Part shown: positions 50,850 to 61,973 of the stretch, in pieces
Layout of the letters: each line of letters opens with the position of its first letter
How positions within the stretch are numbered: position 1 is the stretch's first letter
Source of the DNA: Ascidiella aspersa
Lineage: Eukaryota
Length of the DNA: 64,000 nt
Assembly: GCA_963924565.1 (NCBI GenBank)
Contig: OZ004612.1
Coordinates: 7,378,001 to 7,442,000, forward strand
Reading direction: 5' to 3'
Made by a program: the position numbers and the translations under genes
Notes under the pieces: generated by a model
Told to the model about the DNA's origin: nothing
The model's input: the letters and a program-made list of their open reading frames with translations, nothing else
The model's database searches: none

Positions 50850-51027
50850 ATCGTGAACCAAAGCGAGATCCGGGCCAGTACAGTCGAGCGGGCCGCCTAC
50901 CTCCTCGACGCCGCCCTGGCCGCACGTAGCTGCTCCGGATCAAGGGACACCCCCCAGGCTCGACGTCACTCGCACATGTTCTTCACCCTCAATGTGACGC
51001 AACAACGCGCCGACAAAAACGGCGAGG
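50850..51027 (+). CDS. KIF26: KIF26-like motor exon (IVNQSEIRAST...RRHSHMFFTL), switch I region
   Basis: Acceptor ctcccag, donor G|gtgagt, 178 nt, phase 0 to 1. Confidence 0.95.
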
Positions 51028-51047
51028 GTGAGTTGTTTACCTTAAAT

Positions 51048-51305
51048 CAGGGGTTCTTAAACTGGGTTCCATCATAGACCCTTTTGGGAGTCCGTGAAAT
51101 AGTTTCAGGGGTCCACGAAGGCCTAATAAAAATATTTATGTATATTTAAGTAGTAATCGATTTTTCATAGAAAAACTTTAATTAAAAATAAAACATTTTT
51201 GCACTGAATGTGTCGAGACTCCATTTCATTTTCACATGTTTTGGACCGGAAACATCAGATTCCTGAAGTTGTATTGCGACGGTTACGACGTCATCTCTGA
51301 ATATG
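51048..51305 (+). mobile_element. hAT-like element left end, truncated (copy A)
   Basis: Starts CAGGGGTTCTTAAACTGGG. Colinear with 53153-53428 up to GACGTCATCTCT. Confidence 0.75.
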
Positions 51306-52941
51306 TATTGCCTACTATTGTCTACGCAAAGCAAAAATAATTGACTGGTTTGCGGTAAAACATTTTTTAGAACGACTGCCTCAATTGCATGTTACGTTTT
51401 TAACAAAAACGACCCGCAGAAGAGATTTTGACGTAAATCCCTGTGGCATTTACAGAAACAAAGACTTAAAGTTCCTGAAATAAATTCAGCTATTCTATAA
51501 ACGTCTTCTGAAAAACATATTTCTGTTTTTCTTATACGAAACGATTTGGCATTTTGGTTGTTTTAATTTAAACATCCCAAATCGGTGGTTTAATCGCCAG
51601 TTATCCCTTTTTCCAAAGGCTTTTACTTAGTATGGTTCACCACCAGCTAAATTCAATATCGCTGTCCAGTTGTCTAAACAATTTACATTGCTATCTCAAT
51701 ATGTCCTCAGTGTATTTAAACAAAGCATAACAATCAATACATGATTTAATTGCGAGCCCCTACCTTGTTTTAAAAGAAGCCCTAAGTTAAATAGAACCGA
51801 CACTGAGTTAAATGCCAGTCCCAAACACTGATGCCCACAATCAAAAAAACGCTTCGCCGTGTATCAGCCCGTTATGGAAGCGACAGCTGTTTAATTAAAT
51901 TACGTTCGTCGCGAAAAATGCCATTCAACGACCAAGGCCGCGTACAATGCCGCTCGGCCGATGAAAGCGAAGCGAATTGCGGTCGGTCTGTTTGTGTTTT
52001 GTCCTCATTCTTTCACGCCGGAAAGAGCCGCGACCGTAATTAGGCCCTTCGAGCGTCCGGCAAAACAAGAATTTCGCCGCAAATTGTAGACCGCGTCAAA
52101 TTATACACCAGAATCGTGCTTGCGAGCGAATTGATTGCGATCCAGGCAAGACGGCGATTTCAATTGGGACCGAAATATTGAATAACCGAAAGAAGACCAC
52201 CGTAGAAGTGGTGGAAAAGGCGGCCATCTCGTATCGCCTTGGCGTCCATTATTCGCCTTTGATCATTTTTGTTCTGTCTCGATTAGCCACCCTAAACACA
52301 GCTGCGGATAGCTATTTAATGACACCTTTGAAGAGAACACTCAGCGGCCGGTCCGAAGTGCAATGTTTAAGATGATTTTGTCCTCCCCCGAAAATAAATT
52401 TCACTTTTTTATGTGAAATACATTAATTGATGATGTTTCAACGTTGATGTTTCTTTCAAAAAATATTAGTTTGGACGAAGGGCGGTAATGACAGCTATTT
52501 ATCTGTGGTCATTAACAAACTGCGATATATTTATATCCTATTGGTATGTTGTTGTAAGATCCATCAAGACATTTAAAGTTCCATGAATTTTATTGAAATA
52601 GGGATTTTGAATTTTCTATATAAACTGTAGCTTGTATGCATATATATAGCATACAAATTTTCAACTATAGGGCCTAAACGACATTTGCCATTTGCCAACT
52701 ATGAAAGACATTTTCTAAATCTATATTAGCAATATCATGTCAATTAAGTACCGGAACAACGCAAATACATTTGTAATATCTATACTTAATAAATTTTTTT
52801 TGCGAGAACTATTGATTCTCCGCGTAACTGCAGTATTCTGTTTTTAAATAAAGTTGTTTTTAAACAACCTCCGTGCTTAGTGTTGGCTTTCACAAAAAAT
52901 GGAGAAAATATAAATTAACATTTGTCATCCTTCCTTTGCAG

Positions 52942-53092
52942 CCGGTCTAGTGCGCAGCCGTCTGAACTTTATCGATCTCGGTAGCTGCGAGAAAAACCTC
53001 ATCAAGACACCCGGCTCTCTAGCGCTATCCCTGTCCTCCCTAGGTCACGTGATCATGGCCATCGTCAACAACTCGAAGCACGTGCCGTTCAG
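52942..53092 (+). CDS. KIF26: KIF26-like motor exon ([13 protein letters not shown]...SKHVPF), switch II region
   Basis: Acceptor cctttgcag, donor AG|gttggt, 151 nt, phase 1 to 2. Confidence 0.95.
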
Positions 53093-53152
53093 GTTGGTTG
53101 ATTTTTGTAACTTGCCCCTGCGATTCCAGATACCAGATACGACACTCTTACC

Positions 53153-53428
53153 CAGGGGTTTCTTAAACTGGGGTCCACGGACCCTATGGGGGTACATGAA
53201 CTAGCTTTAGGAGGTTCATGAAGGCTTAGTTGAAATTTTAGTATAAATTAGTAATCAAATTTTCAAAGAAAAAGAAAAAGAAAAAAAGTTTAATTAAAAT
53301 AAAGCGTTTTCGCACTGATTGTATATTTAGACTCCATTACACTTTCACATTTTTTGGACCCAAAACAGTAGATTTTTGAAGTGTATTTGTATTGTGACGT
53401 ACATTTATGACGTCATCTCTAAATACAT
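53153..53428 (+). mobile_element. hAT-like element left end, truncated (copy B)
   Basis: Starts CAGGGGTTTCTTAAACTGGGGTCCACGGACCC. Colinear with 51048-51305. Confidence 0.75.
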
Positions 53429-53916
53429 CGCCTCTGTTCAAATTTGCTTGTTTACCCGGGTAATGGCGCCAATTGATATCGAATCGGACGGTCACATTTT
53501 TTATCGGAATAAAATAAATACCGAGCTGCATGACGTAGTAACGTTTGCCTTTCTCTTTTTTGTACGTCACGACAAACTTGTACCAATGATCGAGTGTTTA
53601 ATTGCTCTCATTGTCGCGGGCTCGACCGCCTTAATTTGGTCGTCAATTTTTTTAATTTTAATAACTACAGACGGAGGTGCTTTCTCTCTTATACCTTCGC
53701 GCTGTTTGTCCTCATAAGGTTATCCGGGTTTATTGTCAATTTTTGTGATATATTAGTCTGAAGTTGTTAGGCTAAAAAACACATCAGTCTAACTTAGGTT
53801 TCTGCACAATTGTTAGTAATTACAAATGATTAAAACACTTAATAGAAAAACGTTCATCATTCTTAACACCAGGAAATAAATTTCGTTACCAAATACATTG
53901 TTTTTTACATTTCCAG

Positions 53917-54079
53917 GCAGAGCAAATTGACGTGCGTTTTGCGAGATCGACTGGGCAACGTAAACTGTCGAACGGTGATGCTCGCGCACGTATCACGTGA
54001 TCCGCGTCACTACGCCGATACCATGGCAACGATCCAGCTGGCGTCACGAATACACAGAGTGCTTAAAAAGAAAAACAAG
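53917..54079 (+). CDS. KIF26: KIF26-like motor end exon (QSKLTCVLRDRLGNVNCRT...ASRIHRVLKKKNK)
   Basis: Acceptor atttccag, donor AAG|gtaagc, 163 nt, phase 2 to 0. Confidence 0.95.
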
Positions 54080-54313
54080 GTAAGCAAATCGGTGGTTGGA
54101 AGTTTTATTACAATTATCCCCAGGATTTAAACGTCAATTATACATATTTGTCTTCGTCAATCACTTTCAAAAATGCTCTCGGCAAACTGTTACTTGTTTG
54201 TTTTTGTTGAAGGTTAGAAATGGTCAAAGACAATTGGCACCAAATGGGATTTGAACTCAAAAATGTCTCAAATAAAATGTTTTTTGAACACAGCCAAGTG
54301 AGTTTCAATAATG

Positions 54314-54500
54314 GGCGCTGGTCTAGAATCCTACCACAACACACATCATTTCGGTTTTGGTTAGAGTGGGTCAGGTATTATTATTAAATAATGAATATTA
54401 TAATAATACTTGACCCACCCACACCCAAACGCTAACTCGTACCCTAACACAATTATTGTGCGTTGTTTTAACAATTGTGGCAGCATTCTAGACCAGCGCC
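54314..54500. mobile_element. Fold-back MITE, same family as 9500-9702 (copy 2, apparently opposite orientation)
   Basis: TIR GGCGCTGGTCTAGAATCCTACCACAAC / TTGTGGCAGCATTCTAGACCAGCGCC. TSD CAATAATG / CATTAATG (7 of 8). Confidence 0.88.
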
Positions 54501-56462
54501 CATTAATGGTATTTACTTCGAAAAACACACTTGGATTCATTCATCCTTCAAATTTATGCCAAATATCCCTGATGATCATTTTTGTTCGGCGTAAGAATCG
54601 TTTAAATTTTAAAATAAAAACAAATGTAACGCAATTTCTCAAAAATGTGTAATCCGCTACCGCCGCCTTTTGCTGAAATCCAATTTACATTTATGCATAT
54701 TGTTGGGCCTAAACAACGCCCTCAAGGTGCAAAAACAAAATGCTGCAGCCAATTAACCCGGCTGCATCAGTAACGAACGGATTATTGTAGCACCGAAAAG
54801 CCAATCGGATTAAGCGATCTGAAAAGACAGGCGGTAGCCTTGCGCCGTTTGAGCCCTTATAAATGATTCAGAATGTTTAGTTTGGAAATCTTCCCGGTTG
54901 ATTAGGGGACCTGTAAGCTGCTTCGCATTAGGCAAGGCACAAATTAACCTTCTTTGTCCCAAGTAAATAAGTATAGAGAGTAAACTAAATTGGGCGCTAA
55001 TTGTAAAGGAAATCATGGTCACCGCTGTGGTAAACTTTGATAATGGATTTGCTTTTGATTGTAATTCCGCGTTGGTTTTGAGTCGTTTGTAAACATTCTA
55101 AAATTCTCCGGTTCTTGATTCTTCGAAATAATTTCCACAAGGGTTCTAAGCCGTTGTTTATTTTGCATTCTTTAATTCCCCGCTCTTAAGATGTATGTAT
55201 AGGCTACATCGTTTATTGGTTCAGTAGAAGGCATACCATTGAACACTCCTGGATTTGCCATTCTTAAGAAGTATAAATAGTCTAATAGGCATCTTGTATT
55301 TGTGTACAAAATACATGTCAGCTACCAGCAACAAATAAAATCACTTTAAAGAAGTTAAACAAAAAACGAATCAGAACTAAAAAACAATTACATTTCAGAT
55401 TGCCAGGATCAATTTTCAACGTTTCGTCAACGTAAATACTCAATTAATAGTCGGACATTTTTGCGCCTAAGCCATGTGATTACACGCCCTTTCGAATTCC
55501 AAAGCAGCGTAATCGTTTCAAGCCGGTCGCACAGTTGCTTGTTTTTATAGCGATCTTATCACGGTACGCGACATAGCCATTTCAAAGCTTTCCGACCCCG
55601 ACTTTTTGCCGTGCCTTGTTGCTACTTTCAAATCCTAATCCCGGTTACAAGGCAGCATCAAAGCGGTCTCTTTCCGATCTACATTCTCGTAACACGTTGC
55701 CACCAATTTTGCAATTTACACAGCTATTTTACACATAGTTTTGCGGGTGAAATAAAGTTCGGCCGGGTTGGCGAAAGGGTGACTTTCAAGTAGATCCGAC
55801 CCGTTATTTCAAAACGTTTTGAGCGAATGAACCGGTTTATTTGATGTTCTGAAATGTAGAGCTGCTTTGACAAATTCGCACTGTTCGACTTAATAAATCG
55901 GTTTAAAAAATACTATACAATACTTGTTTGGAGAGCTTAGGGTTTTTAATCTCTTTCTCATCAGTCGTCAAAGAGAAATCTAGTTTAAAATTAAATGACT
56001 CTTGCCTAAAGTGTTGTTTTTTTTATTCCGCACATAATTAGGCAAATATGACCTTTTGTATCTGTTCGGACAGTAGTCTCGATTTTGAAATCGACAAAGT
56101 ACACTCCTTAGACACAAGTCAAGTATTTTCAAAGGCAGAGTTGTTTTGTCAACTCTATACAATGCGAAAATAAACGATTCTTTAAAGCATTCATGATTGT
56201 ATTCGTTTTTGGTAATAAATATGCCCAAATGCAATTAGATTACTTGACCTGTGTGGGTTAAGTCAATAAAAATATTAAGTCAAATACAAAAATAAAATAA
56301 AAAATACTTTAACAAAACGATGGTTTTAAAATATTAATAACAATATCGTATTCCCAGCGGTCATATTACTTTTCCAATCGTTCGCTGAAGCAAACCCTTA
56401 AAAAAAATTACCCGGAAAACGATATAAACCTATATAACAAACAACTCTTTTTCTCCGCAAAG

Positions 56463-56560
56463 GCTCCCAACCAGTCGTCGGTACGTTATGGGGTAGACTC
56501 GAGAATTCACCAGAAGCACATGCGCAGAGCCAGAGAGGACGACAGTATGCTGGGATCCAG
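56463..56560 (+). CDS. KIF26: KIF26-like post-motor linker exon (APNQSSVRY...DDSMLGS)
   Basis: Acceptor ttttctccgcaaag, donor AG|gtaagc, 98 nt. Phase 0 to 2 is exactly what is needed to bridge the flanking exons. Confidence 0.82.
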
Positions 56561-57386
56561 GTAAGCCCATAACCTTCTATATGCTTTGATTCCATGGCTG
56601 ATCGATGGTGGTCGGTTTCTTTGCGACTGTCACCAAACAGCACCCTAAACCAACAGAGGCTGCCCAACGTAAATAGGACCTCGGCGGAGATTTATCGCTT
56701 TTATTTGTTATTTGATGCAGACGAAGGGTAGGAGGGGTTATCTGCCGATCTTGATCGTTTTAACGTTAATCCACCCCGCCCCAGCGCCGAGCCCCTTCAA
56801 ATAAAAAGCGATACGTCAAATTCCAGTTTGGAAGAAAGTTTTTGCACAACAATTCGTTTCAGATTCATAGCAATTTACACCAATGATAACTGACTAAGTT
56901 TCGAACCCACGCCTGTACAATAACACCCGTATGCTTTATGAGCGCGCAGTTGTTTTACGACCTATCGCGGTGATTTTTATGACGCGTTGGTATTTTGCTC
57001 TGACGCGCTTTAACATGAATGCTGGCGCGTTTACAATACCATAACACACACCCATTACTGGGAGGTGTGTTTTTAGGTACAGACACATTTCAAACCTGCG
57101 CTCTTAGCATATTTTAACTTGAATATGTTGTTAGTCACTAATATGGCTTCTATAACTAAATCTATCGATATGCCTTTCCTTATGCCTTCGTAGCCCCAAA
57201 CAATTACAAGGGATTGACTAAACCGCGCTAACAAACTGTTAGTATTTTCGGTACTCTATTTTACTGTTAGTAGTTTAGGTACTCTATTTTAGGAAATACG
57301 AGGACAAACCCCATGTTCGCCAAATTTTACACCATATAATACATTTCCTGTACAAGTAATAACCTTTAAACAACGTTTTCTTACAG

Positions 57387-59816
57387 CTCAGGCATGGAAT
57401 GCACATCAGGAAGCGAGCTCTCTTGCGACACTGTGGTCTACGTAAACCGAAACGGCGTTGCCATGAGCGACCGCGAGCTGACCGACAACGAGGGCCCGCC
57501 GGAATCGGTCCCGGTCCTGTCGGGCCCCGGGAAATACCCGCCCCAAGTTTTGAGTCCTGTAATGGGCGAGGCGGTGGTTTACAATGTGCCCGAGGCTCGG
57601 GTTCGCCCTGTCCAAGAAGTGATGTCACAGCAGAGCCACAAACAGCAACAGCTACAGTATAAACAGCAGCAGCAACAGCAGTACCAGATCCAGCAACAGC
57701 AACAATTCCGAAAGCAACAGCAGAACAGGCAGCAGCTTAACGATATCTCGCAGCAACAGCAAAATCAGCACCGCCAAGGCTTGCCTGTGGCCAAAGTAAA
57801 GGGCTGCGTGGCCGGCTCCATGCTGCCGGTTCGATCACCCAACCCTCGGAAAAACTCCCTGCTGGAAACCAGCTTTTCAACCTCGGTCACTGTCAGCGAC
57901 TCAACTCCCATCAACTCGCCTGCAAGGAGCGGCAACAAACCGGTCAAGCCCCCGCGTTCGGCCGGCAAGGCGCAGAACTTTACCTTCGACACGTCGAATT
58001 GCGAGAGCAACGGCGAAAGAGGTCAAGAGGGTTCACCTGCTTACAAGAGCGAGCAAACGCCGGGTAAGGGCCCTGGGGCGGCTCAGGCCGTGTTCGGCGA
58101 CTTAGCGCGCTCGCCAATTCGCAAGAGTAACGAGCCGCCGCAGTGCGACAATAACATTACCGGCCTGGGGTCGAACGCGGACGCGGCGGCCCGCGAAGGT
58201 AATACATCAACATTAACGCGCGGCAACGTCGCCAAAGCGGCTTTGCACTGTGACCGAAGCGCCGAAGCCGCAAGCATCACGAACGGCTGCTACGAGGACG
58301 TCCTAGTACCAACCACCTCACACCAAACGGCCTGGGCACCCAACCCAAGGCCAGAACCAGCAGCAGTTAGTGAAGACCCGCCAATATACGAGAACGTGAA
58401 CCCCAAGGTTGAGGCGGATCCGCGTCCGGACAGCATGGTCGTGAACGTGGACGATCGTGATTGGCCCAATGAGCGCCTACGTCATCATCAGCAGCAGCGG
58501 GAAGATGACGGTGACGCGGTCGACTTTTACTGCTTGACCTTGACCGCCATGAACCCGCTGGTGCCTTTGTCGCGTCGCGAGTTCGCGCAGGAGATCGCTC
58601 GCATCAAGCGGCAGCGAGCCACAAGCGAACAGCCGCGCACCAAGCAACAGCAACAACAGCGCCTGAGACAACTGCAGGACAAGGTGGCCGGACAAAAAAT
58701 GGCGTTTGTCGATGAGGATGCGACGCGACAAGCGCTGAGACAACTGCTCGAAGCTGAAAAGACCCTGGAGGAACTGGTGCTCGACGAGAGGCTATTCAAG
58801 CCTAAAGAGGACTTCGATTTTTCCGACGATTCGCCCACCATCAAGAACAATAACAACGAGTGGGCCTGGAAGCTCGGCAATCCAGTTATCGAACTTACCG
58901 ACGATGTAACGGACGCAGACGACGTTGAGGTGCTGACCGAAATGCCGAAGCTTAACTGTGATTACTACGGCGTCAATGGCCCGGGATACGGCGCGCTTGA
59001 TGGGTTCGAAGGCCCGCGAAGCCTGGCTGAAGTCGCGAATGGCGGCTGCCCGAACAGCAACGAACCAGCGCATCGCCATGTCTGCCTGTACGACTCGAAC
59101 AGCCTGGAAATGAACTACGTGAGCCAGTGTCGCAACCAGCAGGAACACCAAGAGCTCGAAAGAGGCCAGGAAAGTCCTTCGCGGCTCTCAGACCGCTCCG
59201 ACTCGCCAGGAAAACGAGTTGTAAAGGACAGCGAGCTACGAAGGCGTACCAGTCGCCCGGTGATCATCACCAAGTCGTTTTCACGCGAAGGCGCTCAGCT
59301 GACCCTGGTCAAAAAGGACAAGGGCAGCAAGCCGACTCTGGAGTTGCAGATTACGCGCGAAGAAGTGAAGAAGGATTTAGACCCAAAAGATCGCAGCAGC
59401 AGGCTTAAAAAGCCCAGCCAGACAAACCGCGCGCGAAAGAACGGCATCTCGGCCGACCCGCACTCCAACGAAAACAAAGCGAAAGCGAACGATGGTGAAG
59501 GGCAGAAGCGATCCAAATGGCTTGGCTTGGGGAGGTTTGGCAGCAAGAAGAGCGAGAAGGCGCCAAAGCGGGAGGGTGGAAGCCCGTCAAAGGCGAGCCT
59601 TGTATCTAAGCTGCTGACACCAAAGATAAGGCGCGCACAGAGTTGCAAGGAGCCTCGTAGCAACCGCAAGTTAGCAAATGCCCTGGACGCGACCCCGAAG
59701 CGCCAGCCGGACGTCGTGATGGTCGGTAACGGGGTTAACCCCCTTGCAAAGCTGCCCGGTGGCAAGCCGGTCACCAACGGAATACTGTCCAACGGACACA
59801 CAAGGGTTCAGTCGCG
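57387..59816 (+). CDS. KIF26: KIF26-like large tail exon (2430 nt; ELSCDTVVY...[12 protein letters not shown], polyQ, low-complexity tail)
   Basis: Acceptor ttcttacag. Donor CG|gtaagt overlaps the apparent ORF stop. Corresponds to track ORF 57394..59820. Confidence 0.93.
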
Positions 59817-60282
59817 GTAAGTGTCTAGTTTTGGGATCTCACTCTATTAAACTTGAGTATTGGTTTAGAGTTTAGAAAGATATACAACTTTTACAGTTAT
59901 TGCAAAAATTGACAGCTAATTTGTTGCGGATATTACAAAAAATGGCACAGGATAACAAATCGATTTAATATTTTAATTGTATTTGAAAATTTACTTGAGT
60001 TTTAGACAATATCAAAAAAGTGTTTGGCTAATACCTTTTAAAATGGCCTAGCTCTAAATGGCCTGAACTAACATTTTAGCAGCCGAATATGTCTATACAG
60101 TACTGGTAGGCTAGGAAGGTAAATTTAGTTTTGTAATATGATAGTAATAAGTAGCAACTTGACATAAAAGCATAATATCGTACGTTAATTCCTTTCAGGG
60201 AATTAACGCTATTCGCTGTACAATAGTGCTTCTGCAACAGTTATAAACGTATAATAAACTAAACTGTATTATTTTGTTTTAG

Positions 60283-60430
60283 CTCTACGGGTGACACGGA
60301 TAGCGGATCGACAACCGACTCGACGAGAAGCCCGAGTCCGAAACCTATTCAGAAGAAGAAAGGGTCAGCAAAGTCCGCCCAGAGTCCGTCCAGGTTCGGC
60401 TTCAGTCGCAAGAGCAGGAATAAGACGTAA
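60283..60430 (+). CDS. KIF26: KIF26-like terminal coding exon (STGDTDSGS...SRKSRNKT*)
   Basis: Acceptor ttttgttttag in phase 2, GC-rich open frame to TAA at 60428-60430. Confidence 0.8.
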
Positions 60431-61425
60431 CACAGCAAGCAAAACGGTTTGAGAATGCTGCTTTCTTTGAAGAGTGACAATCGCCCTGTTTGATTATCAT
60501 TGAACGACAAACGGTTGTTTGATAACTTCACTGTGTGCTGATTAGTCGAATCGCGTTTTTCGGATCTATTGGTTCTTGCTGAAAGCTATCGGTACGAGTT
60601 GAAATGGCATTGTCAAACGTACTTTTTGCATTTCGTTAAACAAATTATTGTAAACTACGAACAGGAGACCGGCTTTCGCTTACAGATCTACTAAAAACCA
60701 ATGAAAGAAAATTTGAAGTTGTATTGAAGCCTCTGCTTCACCACTGACATTACATGACAAATCACCTCCAACGATAGAAGTAGTTTAGTCATTTAATCTG
60801 AAACTGCCGGCTTCGTAATACCTGACATCGTCCGCATTTTCCAGTGTTCCGCCTTTTAGCGTGGCCATTTTCCACCTTTAAGCAGTCGAAGTCCATGTCG
60901 GTTAGCTAGCATCGGCTACTGTATTTTTATTTTGCCGTTCTCGTTTATTTGCTTTTCGTTGCAGAGAGTGAGAGACCTATCATCGATCGTCCTATCAATT
61001 TTATTTCGTTTATTTGTCACCTCCTTTTTTCTACATTTAGTTCCCCCCTTTTGCGTTTTTACTTTGCGTTTCCCTTTCCTTTTACTTTCACACGAATCAT
61101 GATGTTTGCCTCCTTTCTGCCATCGGCGCTTGGTGTGAGCGTGTCCAATGTCGACGTATACGTTCAGCTTGTTTTTTTCTAAAGATACGACAGTCGCGTT
61201 TTGTGATCACTTAAATAATAAAGAAAATATTTCGAGAAAAAACGCTTGTAGGTTTGAAGATTTTCAAGGTGTTATGTTCATCGCAGGATTATAGGGACTG
61301 TAGTAAACTTAACCCATAACAAAATGTCTACCCTGGGCTAAATAAACTTAAAGACTAAGGCAGAATTTTATAAACGGTTCCTTAACAAAAATATTGCCAA
61401 ATTAGACAAGTAATACATAATATGG

Positions 61426-61426
<1 letters not shown>

Positions 61427-61452
<26 letters not shown>
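61427..61452. repeat. (TA)n microsatellite
   Basis: Directly visible. Confidence 0.9.
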
Positions 61453-61457
<5 letters not shown>

Positions 61458-61621
61458 TTAAGTTTTGGTAATTTATAAAAGTGATATTTTATTCAATCTG
61501 GTTAACGAATTACTTCCTGTAGTTAGCACTACCCCAAGTTAAAAGAAAGCCGTACTATTCTAAAGCTATAGGGTGTACCCTACCCAGTAGCCTATTAGTA
61601 AAATAGTAAAACTGAGTAGAC

Positions 61622-61973
61622 CAGTGCTTTTTAGCTTTAAAATTTCCATCCGCACATTTTCATTTCGGAAAATTTTCATCCGCACGAAACAAGCACAGGT
61701 GTAAGTTTGCAACCTTTAGCTTTATTTGTGAAATAGCAATGAAAGAGTTTGTGTATTAAAAGGTAAAAACCGTGTGGCTAAGCCTTGACCGATATAAAAC
61801 AAATAGCTTAAGCTGAAATGAACCGCTATACGAAACTATACTACTGTACCTGTAACGCATAAGTGGGCACACCATCTATTTAATTACTGTATTACACATA
61901 ATAAAAAAAAATAATAACATGCACCATTTTCATCTGAACATTCATCCGCATGACGTTAGTCATCCGCATTCCG
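61622..61973. mobile_element. hAT-like MITE with deleted right TIR
   Basis: Starts CAGTG. Perfect 8-bp flanking repeat GAGTAGAC (61614-61621, 61974-61981). CATCCGCA motif twice near each end. Confidence 0.65.

Larger units (their letters stand above)
20181..60430 (+). other. KIF26: KIF26/vab-8-like kinesin-11 gene span
   Basis: The spliced exons give 4200 nt (1399 aa plus stop) in one frame. Motor motifs match KIF26A/B as I recall them: PGLGKVKIMLRI, LPCAISWL, EDPxx[42 protein letters not shown]. Confidence 0.95.

Noticed and set aside
57284-59801. Multiple minus-strand ORFs
   Set aside because: Antisense shadows of the GC-rich KIF26 tail exon.
57394-59820. 808-aa ORF as a standalone single-exon gene
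   Set aside because: It is an internal KIF26 exon: there is an acceptor at 57386, a donor at 59817, and KIF26 post-motor motifs at its start.
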